A stretch of 64,000 nt of DNA from Octopus vulgaris (Eukaryota). Below are positions 28,356-39,725 of the stretch, piece after piece. The notes below the pieces were generated by a model, which saw only the letters and a list, made by a program, of their open reading frames with translations, was not told the origin of the DNA and searched no databases. The stretch lies in assembly GCA_951406725.2 (NCBI GenBank), contig OX597841.1:1488001-1552000 (forward strand), written 5' to 3'. Both the position numbers and the translations under genes were made by a program. Position 1 is the stretch's first letter. Each line of letters opens with the position of its first letter.

Positions 28356-28637
28356 ATATTTGTTGTGCAAGATTTTTTTATGTGAAGTTGTGTGTTGAAA
28401 CAGATATTGTTATATTTCGGAATGGCTGACGGTTAGTAAGGAGAGACACAAATACGAAAGAAGAAAACAAAGGACCACTGATGCGGTCACAGGAGTGTGA
28501 CGAAAGAACTCTGGCCGAAATAAGATTAAGATTAATGTAAAAAATAAATATCACTGAAGCAAAATAACACCAAATATATAGCGCGTGTGTTTTTATTGGC
28601 TAAACTGGCAATATGACCATTCCGAAATATAACAATA
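28356..28637. mobile_element. Penelope-like terminus (short inverted arm + tail, long arm with hammerhead-like motif)
   Basis: atattgttatatttcggaatgg inverted against ccattccgaaatataacaatat; same family at 44962-45310. Confidence 0.65.
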
Positions 28638-29009
28638 TATATATATTGTCTATGTATATTTTTATGTATATATATTGTTTGTGTATGTGTGTGTGTCTGT
28701 GTGTGCACATGTGATGTTTTATTATTTACCATCCAGTTATCTCAAATTGAATACTCTACTAATTAAATCCATTTCAGCTGTCGTTTCATTTTTCAGGAAT
28801 GGTGTACCTTGCACTAAATTATTACCATGTTCTTTGTTTTCTAACCTTGTAGTGTGTTTAAAGGATATTTTGGCTGTCATTTCTATGAAGTTGAACAATT
28901 ACTTAGAGACTCGTTCATTGACTTACATATAAATACACACACACACACACACACATACACACACATACACAAACACACACACAAACACACACACACAAAC
29001 ACACACACA

Positions 29010-29104
<95 letters not shown>

Positions 29105-29112
29105 TCACACAC

Positions 29113-29154
<42 letters not shown>

Positions 29155-29320
29155 ACATATGATGGGGAGGCTGGTTTAACTGCCCCCCCCCCCCCCCCAT
29201 TGTAGTATTAACTGCTCTACTTCTTAGAGTGTGATTCTCCTCCGGATTAATGTACTTCTACAAATGATCCGGATATACGTATACATAATCATATATACAT
29301 ATACATATATACATACATAC

Positions 29321-29662
29321 TGTGTGGTAAGTAGCTTGCTAACTAACCACATGGTTCCGGGTTCAGTCCCACTGCGTGGCAGCTTGGGCAAGTGTCTTCT
29401 GCTATAGCCCCGGGCCGACCAATGCCTTGTGAGTGGATTTGGTAGACGGAAACTGAAAGAAGCCTGTCGTATATATGTATATATATATATGTGTGTGTAT
29501 ATGTTTGTGTGTCTTAGCGTTACTTAGCGGTTCGGCAAAACAGACCGATAGAATAAGTACTGGGCTTACAAAGAATAAGTCCCGGGGTCGATTTGCTCGA
29601 CTAAAGGCGGTGCTCCAGCATGGCTGCAGTCAAATGACTGAAACAAGTAAAAGAGTAAAAGA
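29321..29662 (+). mobile_element. CORE-type SINE
   Basis: Matches 16183-16570 with an internal deletion. Confidence 0.82.
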
Positions 29663-29852
29663 GTATACATACACACATATATATATATATATATAATTAT
29701 TATTTGAGGGAATAAAATCCAAACTTACAAGGAAAAAGAATTCAATTTAGAAATACTAAATCAAATTCCACACAATATAATATATATATAAAATATTATA
29801 TATATATATAATCATGCATATAACATATAATAATATAGATTCATATATTTAT

Positions 29853-30050
29853 AAACAATTGCAGTGTGGAAGGTGTTTATAAGCCATTTAAGAAACACAC
29901 AAAACCATTAGATTCACTTCAACGTTTAAATTTAATTTGTGAAAATATTTTCTTAAATGGCTTATAAACACCTTCCACGCTGCAGTTGTTTTCGTTCCAG
30001 CACACGATCTTAGATCAAGTCACTAGCTATGCAAGTACATCTCCGTAATA
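29853..30050. mobile_element. Shorter fold-back of the same family, inverted at a different breakpoint
   Basis: Same outer arm and tail as 57161-57500; inversion point at aaaatattttc|ttaaatggc. Confidence 0.65.
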
Positions 30051-30549
30051 TATATATATATATGTGATGTCCCCAAAAATTGTTTATATACATTGGATGA
30101 TAATAAAACCATTGTTTATTAAAATTCATTTCATTCTCAAAATCTAAATTTTCTTCAGTGTTTATGTCCAAATTCTCGTCCCATGGTTGCTGCTCTCAGT
30201 TCATCGACCATTACTGGTTTTGAACTGCAAACCTTGCTGTTCCAATTGTGTTTTATTCTCATATTCTGCATCTCAGCTCCTGTTCCCCTTATTATAATGA
30301 CTGCAAACTGGTCCTGTTGCTGCAACCAGGCCATTTCTCAACTTTAGTAACTGGCCACAGTTATTGATTCACATATTTTTAATGGTTGTGTGGTTCAGAT
30401 GTCTGCTTCCCAATCCTGTGGCTGCAAGTTCAGTCCCACGGTGTGCCACTTTCAGCAAGTATCTTCTACTATGGCCCCAGTTCGACAAATACCTTATCAA
30501 TGAGCATGGAACACTGCCATGGGTTGGACGGTTTGACTGGGCTGGCATG

Positions 30550-31515
30550 AGCGAGCTAGCAGAAACGTTAGCACGCCAGGCGAAAAGTTTAGCAGTATTT
30601 CGTCTGTCGCTACGTACTGAGTTCAAATTCTGCCGAGGTCGACTTTGCCTTTCATCCTTTCGGGGTCAATAAATTAAGTACCAGCTACACACTGGGGTCG
30701 ATGTAATCGACTTAATCCATTTGTCTGTCCTTGTTTGTCCTCTCTGTGTTTAGCCCCTTGTGGGTAATAAAGAAATAGGTATTTCGTCTGCTGTTACGTT
30801 CTGAGTTCAAATTCCGTCGAGGTCGACTTTGCCTTTCATCCTTTAGGGTCGATAAATTAAGTACCAGCTACGCACTGGGGTCGATATAATCGACTTAATC
30901 CATTTGTCTGTCCTTGTTTGTCCTCTCTGTGTTTAGCCCCTTGTGAGTAGTAAAGAAATAGGTATTTCGTCTGCTGTTACGTTCTGAGTTCAAATTCCGT
31001 CGAGGTCGACTTTGCCTTTCATCCTTTAGGGGTCGATAAATTAAGTACCAGCTACGCACTGGGGTCGATATAATCGACTTAAACTGTTTGTCTGTCCTTG
31101 TTTGTCCTCTCTGTGTTTAGCCCCTTGTGAGTAGTAAAGAAATAGGTATTTCGTCTGCTGTTACGTTCTGAGTTCAAATTCCGTCGAGGTCGACTTTTGC
31201 TTTTCATCCTTTCGGGGTCGATAAATTAAGTACCAGCTACGCACTGGGGTCGATATAATCGACTTAATCCATTTGTCTGTCCTTGTTTGTCCTCTCTGTG
31301 TTTAGCCCCTTGTGAGTAGTAAAGAAATAGGTATTTCGTCTGCTGTTACGTTCTGAGTTCAAATTCTGCCGAGGTCGACTTTGCCTTTCATCCTTTAGGG
31401 GTCGATAAATTAAGTACCAGTTACACACTGGGGTCACTATAATCGACTTAATCCATTTGTCTGTCCTTGTTTGTCCTCTCTGTGTTTAGCCCCTTGTGGG
31501 TAGTAAAGAAATAGG
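30550..31515 (+). mobile_element. SINE 'tail B' pentamer: one head + 5 tandem ~184-bp bodies, flanked by a target-site duplication
   Basis: Bodies start at 30596, 30780, 30963, 31147 and 31332; junction gaaatagg|tatttcg; ggtttgactgggctggca duplicated at 30530-30547 and 31514-31531. Confidence 0.9.
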
Positions 31516-31734
31516 TTTGACTGGGCTGGCACGCTGGAAGGCTGCACCAGACTCCAGTCGGACCTGGATATGGTTTTTATGGTTGGATGCCCTTCGTCTC
31601 ACCAACCACTCCAAGAGTGTAATGGGTGCTTTTACATGCCACACATGTGTGTGTTTGTCATGCACAACTGGTGATGGTTCATTTATGGCCACATAACTTG
31701 CTGGCCTGGCAAAACAGACCAAAAGAAAAAATGC

Positions 31735-32120
31735 CGAGTGGCTGTGTGGTAAGTAGCTTGCTAACCAACCACATGGTTCCGGGTTCAGTCCCACTGCGTG
31801 GCACCTTGGGCAAGTGTCTTCTGCTATAGCCTCGAGCTGACCAATGCCTTGTGAGTGGATTTGGTAGACGGAAACTGAAAGAAGCCCGTCGTATATATGT
31901 ATATATATATGTGTGTGTGTGTCTGTGTTTGTCCCCCTACCATTGCTTGACAACCGATGCTGGTGTGTTTAGGTTCCCGTCACTTCGTGGTTCGGCAAAA
32001 GAGACCGATAGAATAAGTACTGGGCTTACAAAAAGAATAAGTCCCGGGGTCGAGTTGCTCGATTAAAAGGCGGTGTTCCATCATGGCCGCAGTCAAATGA
32101 CTGAAACAAGTAAAAAGAGT
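31735..32120 (+). mobile_element. CORE-type SINE (followed by a duplicated tail to about 32230)
   Basis: Matches 16183-16570. Confidence 0.85.
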
Positions 32121-32401
32121 ATATAAATAAGTCCCGGGTTCGCTTTGTTTGACCAAAGTACCGTTCAAAGTTGTGCTCCATCATGGCCTGTGTCCAATGA
32201 CTGAAAGAAATAAAATGGTAAAAGGTGAAAGATCAATAACTGCAGCCAGAAACAAAATTTAGTTGAAAGGGAATATCAAAATTAATTTAGCAAACAAATC
32301 TCTGTGGAGGTGTCAACATTAATTAACACCTTCGTCTTACCTGTTCTCATTGACACCCTTCTTATTGTTGTTTTTATATTGTTCTCATTCTTATTATTCA
32401 T

Positions 32402-32455
<54 letters not shown>

Positions 32456-32483
32456 GTTGTCGTTGTTTTTGTTATTATTTAAA

Positions 32484-32720
32484 GTGGTGAGTTGGCAGAA
32501 TCATTAGCACGCCAGGCAAAACGCTTAGCGGTATTTTGCCTGCTGCTATGTTCTGAGTTCAAATTCCGCTGAGGTCAACTTTGCCTTTCATCCTCTTGGG
32601 GGTTAATAAATTAAATACCAGTTGTGTATTGAGATCGATCTAGTCGACTAGCCTCATCCCTCCCCCAAATTGCTGCCCTTGAGGCAAAATTTGAAAATAT
32701 TATTATTATTATTATTATTA
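32484..32720 (+). mobile_element. tRNA-derived SINE, tail A subfamily
   Basis: Same head and core, tail ccccaaattgctgccctt...(att)n; further degenerate copies at about 10530-10740, 26238-26440 and 39468-39580. Confidence 0.75.
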
Positions 32721-32736
32721 TTATCAGGTCATGCCA

Positions 32737-33052
32737 TAAGTACCAGTTATGCCCTGGGGTCGATGTAATCGACTTAATCCATTTGTCTGTCCTTGTTTGT
32801 CTCCTCTGTGTTTAGCCCCTTGTGAGTAATAAAGAAACAGGTCTGTCATCACATTCTGAGTTCAAATTCCGCCGAGGTCGACTTTGCCTTTCATCCTTTC
32901 ATGGTCGATAAATTAAGTACCAGTTACGCACTGGGGTCGATGTAATCGACTTAATCCATTTGTCTGTCCTTATTTGTCCCCTCTATGTTTAGCCCCTTGT
33001 GGGTAATAAAGAAACAGGTATTTCGTCTGTCGTTACATTCTGAGTTCAAATC
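32737..33052 (+). mobile_element. Headless, permuted tail-B SINE concatemer inserted in the mariner left TIR
   Basis: Starts mid-body, crosses two junctions, ends mid-body at gttcaaat; degenerate duplication atgccataag / atcccatacg on either side. Confidence 0.75.
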
Positions 33053-33166
33053 CCATACGTTCCGTCCGATTTTACCTTTTTTAAAATTGAATGAAATTTA
33101 ATAGTATTTTAGAATGTCTAATGGAATTAGAAATTATTTTTATGCATTTGTGTACATTTACACCAA

Positions 33167-33684
33167 TCTATATATATAAAACTGTAGTTGTGTGAGTGTC
33201 TGTCCCCTTCGATTTAGATTCCTAACTACTCCCACACTTTGCGGTGCAGTTTAACCAAATTCGGGTATCTTATAGTCGTGATTCATATCGAGCCCGTCTG
33301 AGTATTAGCGCGCATCTACGATGAGTCTACGATTTTAAAAATAATTTAATATCATTTTTTATTCCATTTTAATGCATAATTTTTCGTGTGTCGATGGCGG
33401 CGGAGTTGGCGTCCACGCTCAAACACCTGCACCTGTGTTTGCTTCTCCCCCTTCTTCCCTCCCTCGTGAAGCTGTGGGGAAGGGAGTGTAAGGAAATCAA
33501 CGTCGTAAAGCGTTGTCAAGGAGACCAGCGTTCTTTTAGAACAACGACTTCATGGCTTGAAGACACCAAAAGAGAAATGGCTAAGAAAGCCCGAATTGGC
33601 ATCTATAAGGGAAGTAACTCTCTAAAAAATGCTTATATAGTTATTTCCCTTACAAACCCGAGCAACGCCGGGCGATACTGCTAG
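33167..33684 (+). mobile_element. Non-autonomous Helitron
   Basis: A|TCTATATAT 5' end, subterminal hairpin cccg.gc-aac-gccggg, CTAG|T 3' end, no TSD. Confidence 0.85.
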
Positions 33685-34076
33685 TTAAATATAATTTTAC
33701 AGAATAATAGAATTAAAATTTCTTTGATTAAAACCCTTTCTTACATGGAAGTACTGCAAAGATCACATCACAGAAGATCAAAGAACTTGGTTGGGACAAA
33801 ATTCTTCATCCACCTTATTTTCCTGACCTTGCTCCTTCAGACTACCATTTGTTTCGTAGTTTACAGAATCATTTGGGGGATATAACTTTCGCAAGCCAGG
33901 AAGAGGTCAAAACTGACATTTCAGAGTTTTTCGCTTTGAATCCAAAACAGTTTTACATGGAAGGGATTAAAAAGCTTGTAAATATATTTCTTTATTGCCC
34001 ACAAGGGGCTAAACATAGAGGGGACAAACAAGGACAGACAAAGGTATTAAGTCGATTACATCGACTCCAGTGCTTA

Positions 34077-34454
34077 TCAAAGAAGCTTGAGAGGCGGTTG
34101 GATGGAACCTACACTCGCCTCCTTATGAGAGCTCAAAATCTCTCGTGGAGGCGCCATCCAACCAAAATGCAAATATATGGGAAATTACCACCTGTGTCAT
34201 CTCTTGTGAAAGGTAGGAGAGTCCAGTTTGCTGGACATTGTTGTAGAGCTGAAAAAGAAGTAATTTCTACTCTTCTCCTCTGGAAGCCATCTACTCGCAA
34301 CACCAGAGGGCGCACACTCTCCTACCCTGATGTAATCTCCAGGGATACAGGCATCCAGCAACAGGACCTCCGTAATGCTATGATGGACCGTGAAGTCTGG
34401 CGCAACATAGTAAATTCCATTGTCTCGACCACGGTCGAACAATGATGAATGATG
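34077..34454 (+). mobile_element. 5'-truncated RTE-clade LINE 3' end, inserted into an antisense tail-B SINE (33985-34513)
   Basis: ORF C-terminus RRLDGTYTRLLM...RRVQFAGHCCR...LLW.P...MMDREVWR typical of RTE; tga-repeat tail; TSD agtgctta at 34069-34076 and 34455-34462. Confidence 0.83.
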
Positions 34455-34799
34455 AGTGCTTAACTGGTACTTAATTTATCGACCCCAAAAGGATGAAAGG
34501 CAAAGTCGACCTCATGGAAGGAAGCCATAGATAATCAGGGAAAGCACATTGATGATTAAATTTCAATTAAATATAACATTTGATCACTTGTTTTCTTTAT
34601 TCAAAATTCGGACAGAACTTATGGGATGACCTGATATTATCATTGTTATTATTATTTAATGTATTGTCTACATTTTTATCTGCAATGTAACTTGTGTATA
34701 TATCACTTGAAACAAACACTTGTGTAACCTTAGAATGAAATCAAAGACATAATCTGTTATACACCCTCTCCCCCTATTTTATTTTTCAGTTGACAATTG

Positions 34800-35205
34800 A
34801 TTACTCTTTTACTCTTTTACTTCTTTCAGTCATTTGACTGCGGCCATGCTGGAGCACCGCCTTTAGTCAAGCAAATCGACCCTGGGACTTATTCTTTTGT
34901 AAGCCCAGTACTTATTCTATCGGTCTCTTTGGCCGAACCGCTAAGTGACGGGGACGTAAACACACCAGCATCGGTTGTCAAGCAATGCTAGGGGGACAAA
35001 CACACACAAACACACACACACACACACATATATATACATGCATATATACGACAGGCTTCTTTCAGTTTCCGTCTACCAAATCCACTCACAAGGCATTGGT
35101 CAGCCCGGGGCTATAGCAGAAGACACTTCCCCAAGATGCCACGCAGTGGGACTGAACCTGGAACCATGTGGTTGGTTAGCAAGCTACTTACCACACAGCC
35201 ACTCC
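34800..35205 (-). mobile_element. CORE-type SINE
   Basis: Reverse complement of the same family. Confidence 0.85.
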
Positions 35206-35504
35206 TCGAATAGATATTATGAAATGTGGGATATATCATCATCATCATCATCATTATTATCATCACTTAACGTCCGTTTTCCATGCTGGCATGGGTTGGA
35301 CGGTTTGACAGCGAGGCAAGCCAGCTGAAGAGCTGTCCAGACTCCGATTGTCTGTTCTGGCGTGGTTTCTATGGCTGCGTGCCCCTCGTAATGCCAAACA
35401 CTTTACAAAGTATGCTGCGTGCATTTTACGTGCCACTGGCATGATTGCATCCATGCAGCACCTGCACAGGTGCACTTTATGTCGTCTGTAAATGACATAT
35501 GTCT

Positions 35505-36190
35505 CTTTTCCTCTTTTACTTGTTTCAGTCATTTGACTGTGGCCATGCTGGAGCACCGCCTTTAGTCGAGCAACTCGACCCCAGGACTTATTCTTTGTAA
35601 GCCTAGAACTTACTCTATCAGTCTCTTTTGCTGAACCGCTAAGTGATGGGGACGTAAACACACCATATGACAGGCTTCTTTCAGTTTCCGTCTACCAAAT
35701 CCACTCACAAGGCATTGCTCGGCCCGAGGCTATAGTTGAAGACACTTGCCCAAGATGCCACGCAGTGGAACTGAACCCAGAACCATGTGGTTGGTAAACA
35801 AGCTACTTACCACACAGCCACTCCTGCACCTATATACATATATACGATGGGCTTCTTTCAGTTTCCGTCTACCAAATCTACTCACAAGGCTTTGGTTGGC
35901 CCGAGGCTATAGTAGAAGACACTTGCCCAAGGTGCCACGCAGTGGGACTGAACCCAGAACCATGTGGTTGATAAGCAAGCAGCTTACCACACAGCCAATC
36001 CTGCACCTGGATAACATCGATTTTACACACACACAGTTGGTTTTATTCTGCTTCGATCTACCAAAATCTACGCAGAAATCTTTGGTTGAGCTAAAGCTAT
36101 AGTGGAATAAATTTGCTCAAGGTGCCACGCTGGGACTGAACCTGAAACCATATAGTTTGGAAACAAACTTCTTACCACATAGCCAAGACC
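35505..36190 (-). mobile_element. Cluster of three antisense CORE-type SINE heads, one with tail
   Basis: Repeated head blocks at about 35665-35835, 35845-36010 and 36050-36190. Confidence 0.78.
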
Positions 36191-36197
36191 GCATATA

Positions 36198-36598
36198 TAT
36201 TTCTTTACTACCCACAAGGGGCTAAACACAGAGAGGACAAACAAGGACAGACAAACAGATTAAGTCGATTACATCGAAACCAGTGCGTAACTGGTACTTA
36301 ATTTATCGACCCCGAAAGGATGAAAGGCAAAGTCGATCTCGGCGGAATTTGAACTCAGGACGTAGTGGCAGACGAAATACCTATTTCTTTACTACCCACA
36401 AGAGGCTAAACACAGAGGAGATAAACAAGGACAGACAAACGGATTAAGTCGATTACATCGAAACCAATGCATAACTGGTACTTAATTTATCGACCCCAAA
36501 ATGATGAAAGGCAAAGTCGACCTCAGCGGAATTTGAACTCAGAACGTAACGGCAACGCATTTCACCCGGCATGCTAACGTTTCTGCCAGCTCGCCGCC
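36198..36598 (-). mobile_element. Tail-B SINE dimer
   Basis: Reverse complement of head + 2 bodies with the gacgaaatacctatttc junction at about 36371-36387. Confidence 0.85.
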
Positions 36599-36767
36599 TT
36601 CAAACCCGCATATAACCCGCCAAGATCGCATATAACCATATTATAACCTCTATAAGGAACCCTCCTGTATCAGGAAACACCCTAATTTGGAGAGGGGGTG
36701 GGCTTAGAATTTGGGAAAATGGTTTTGTAAGGGATTATAATTCTATCCATGTAAAAGAAAAATCCAT

Positions 36768-37175
36768 AGGCGCAGGAGTGGCTGTGTGGTAAGTAGCTTG
36801 CTAACCAACCACATGGTTCCGGGTTCAGTCCCACTGCGTGGCATCTTGGGCAAGTGTCTTCTGCTATAGCCCCGGGCCGACCAATGCCTTGTGAGTGGAT
36901 TTGGTAGACGGAAACTGAAAGAAGCCTGTCGTATATATGTATATATATATATATATATAAGTGTGTGTGTTTGTGTGTCTGTGTTTGTCCCCCTAGCATT
37001 GCTTGACAACCGATGCTGGTGTGTTTACGTCCCTGTCACTTAGCGGCGGTTCGGCAAAAGAGACCAATAGAATAAGTACTGGGCTTACAAAGAATAAGTC
37101 CCGGGGTCGATTTGCTCGACTAAAAGGCGGTGCTCCAGCATGGCCGCAGTCAAATGACTGAAACAAGTAAAAGAG
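36768..37175 (+). mobile_element. CORE-type SINE, full length
   Basis: Matches 16183-16570. Confidence 0.87.
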
Positions 37176-37443
37176 TATATATTTTTAAACCTAATTTTTG
37201 ACAAAAAACAGGTTCCTTACACACTTTAAAATATGGTATATAGTAGTTTGTTTTCTTCTCTGCACCTGGAATCATGGTTTGAGCTTCAACTATATATGTA
37301 CTTGGTTAAGCATCAAGATTTGCTAAATAGTTTCCAGTATAGTCTTACCATAGAATTGCATAATAATGGTATGAATTATGTCTTTGATTACATTGCATAG
37401 TTAAGAGTGGTTAATCTGATTTATTTACACATTTATATATATA

Positions 37444-38005
37444 CTAGCAGTATCGCCCGGCGTTGCTCGGGTTTGTAAGGGAAATAACTATATAAGCATT
37501 TTTTAGAGAGTTACTTCCCTTATAGATGCCAATTCGGGCTTTCTTAGCCATTTCTGTTTTGGTGTCTTCAAGCCATGAAGTCGTTATTCTAAAAGAACGC
37601 TGGTCTCCTTGACAACGCTTTACGACGTTGATTTCCTTACACTCCCTTCCCCACAGCTTCACGAGGGAGGGAAGAAGGGGAGAAGCAAACAGGTGCAGGT
37701 GTGACCATGGACGACAACTCCGCCGCCATCGACACACGAAAAATTATGCATTAAAATGGAATAAAAAATGATGTTAAATTATTTTTAAAATCGTAGACTC
37801 ATCGTAGATGCGCGCTATTACCCAGACGGGCTCGATATGAATCACGACTATAAATACCGAATTTGGTTAAACTGCCGCAAAATGTGGGAGTAGTTGGAAT
37901 CTAAATCAAGGGGACAGACAAACTGCACCGCAAAATGTGGGAGTAGTTAGGAATCTAAATCAAAGGGGACAGACACTCACACAACTACAGTTTTATATAT
38001 AGAGA
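37444..38005 (-). mobile_element. Non-autonomous Helitron (near-identical to 33167-33684, with a ~50-bp internal tandem duplication)
   Basis: Reverse complement with the same termini and GC-rich middle. Confidence 0.85.
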
Positions 38006-38447
38006 TATATGAAATTATAATTAAGGATATCTAAGAGATACCACCATGCTAGAGGTAGCAGTCAAAATTTGACTATAAAACCACATGATGTGGTTTTAGA
38101 TTCAAGTTTTGACTGCTATCTCTAGCATGGTGGTATCTCTTAGACGTTCTTAATTATAATTTTAATAATAATTAATACCTATAAAGTTTTTATTCCTTGC
38201 TGGCCAGTTGATATAATTTTTTAATGATTTTAATAATTAATACACATATATATATAATATATTTTATTATTTAAAAAGGAGATGTGGAACACGAGTTGTG
38301 ATATATAAAAAAGGAAATGAAAATGCCAAAATAATTTAAGTAAGGGAGAGTGTATTTAATTAGGTGATATGATCTGTATTTTAATTAATGATTTTATTGA
38401 TGAATTTATAATTAAATACACTCTCCCTTACTTAAATTATATATTTC

Positions 38448-38506
<59 letters not shown>

Positions 38507-39124
38507 TATATTTTTAATATATTTGCAATAATTACATGCATACTAGCTGGCCCCGTGCCATCAAAAATGACGGTATTTTATGTATAAATATGGATGGTAA
38601 ATCAAATTAATACACTTGTCAATGTTATCTGGTGGTTGTCTTTTGAGATGTGACATTGATGCACACGTGCACTCACACACACACACACACACACATGTAT
38701 ATACATACATATATATATATGCATGTTATTCGAATGTGTGTAAGAAGTTAAGATCCAGGTTCTCTGAACAGCTGCTGGCTGTCTTCATTGGTAAGAGTTA
38801 TTTTGTAAAAGCTGATCTCGCATGAGGTGTAAAAACCCCAACATTTTACAAACTTGTCTTTCTTTAGGGAGAAAAATACAGAAGCTAATAGCACAGACAA
38901 TTTTGGCATGAAGCTCCTTAGTCTTTCTCTCTGTAGGAAGACAAGATCCCAAAACTTTGGGTCTTTTACTCTTCACAGAAACTAAAAGTGCATTGAAAGT
39001 GTTGCTTTAAAATCACCATGGTTCACTGACCATTTAAAAAAAAGACAAAGCCCTCCTCAATCCATAAATATTCAATATATGATTAATTTATTTCTCTCTT
39101 TTCTGTGTTTTTTTTTTTCTGCAG

Positions 39125-39252
39125 AGCTGGGAAGAATGACCGGTTATTAGATATTCGGGAAGGAAATGATATCATTGGAGATAGAATTTTGGAAGAGACG
39201 GTTGACAGAATAGCAATTGGAGGTTCATCGAAAATACATCCCATTGTTAAAG
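39125..39252 (+). CDS. Coding exon, continuation of the same gene (R-AGKNDRLLDIREGNDIIGDRILEETVDRIAIGGSSKIHPIVK)
   Basis: Strong acceptor ttttttttctgcag|A and donor AAG|gtaaga; the open frame needs a phase-2 entry, which matches the 28253 donor; exits in phase 1. Confidence 0.82.
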
Positions 39253-39372
39253 GTAAGAGAAACATTATTACATACATACATGACTATATATATATATACG
39301 CCATGATAGATCGTTAGCTCCTACATGCATTTTTTTCTTTCCTTGTTTCTCTCTTTGTTTCTTTTCTGTTTA

Positions 39373-39410
39373 TCTTTCTGTTGAAGAGCATAGGCTCGAA
39401 ACATAAAAGA
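39373..39410 (+). ncRNA. Minimal type-I hammerhead-like motif (core CTGTTGA)
   Basis: tcttt-CTGTTGA-A-GAGC-atag-GCTC-GAAA-CA-TA-aaaga. Confidence 0.5.
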
Positions 39411-39725
39411 ATTTTTCTATTTCTATTCCTGAGCGCTATACTAATACATTTGTTTGTTTGTACTCCACCTTTTCATCCTTTCGGGGTTGATAAATGAAGT
39501 ACCAGTTGCATACTGTGGTCGATCTAATTGACTGGCCCCCTCGCCAAAAATCTTGGTCCTTGTGCCTAAAGTAGAAAAATACTAATTACTCTCCCTCTCT
39601 CTCTCTCTCCCTTCCTCTCTCTCTTTCTCTCAAACTCTCAATGTCTTTCTTGCTCTTCCTATATCTAACACACTCACTCTTCAATTGTTTACAAGTCATT
39701 CACTGATCCTTTCAACTTGGAAACA

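Larger units (their letters stand above)
32722..34636 (+). mobile_element. Internally deleted mariner (Tc1/mariner) element with nested insertions
   Basis: TIRs tatcaggtcat.ccataag(ttc.gtccga) and tcggacagaacttatgggatgacctgata; transposase C-terminus LGWDKILHPPYFPDLAPSDYHLFRSLQNHL at about 33760-33985, resuming WKEAIDNQGKHIDD* at about 34515-34558. Confidence 0.85.

Noticed and set aside
30596-31515. CRISPR-like regular array
   Set aside because: Units are near-identical over their whole length with no unique spacers, no cas genes, eukaryotic context; it is a SINE concatemer.
33388-33684. Repeated ~98-aa ORF (also 37444-37737)
   Set aside because: Lies within non-autonomous Helitron copies; its similarity reflects repeat identity and it has no Rep/helicase motif.
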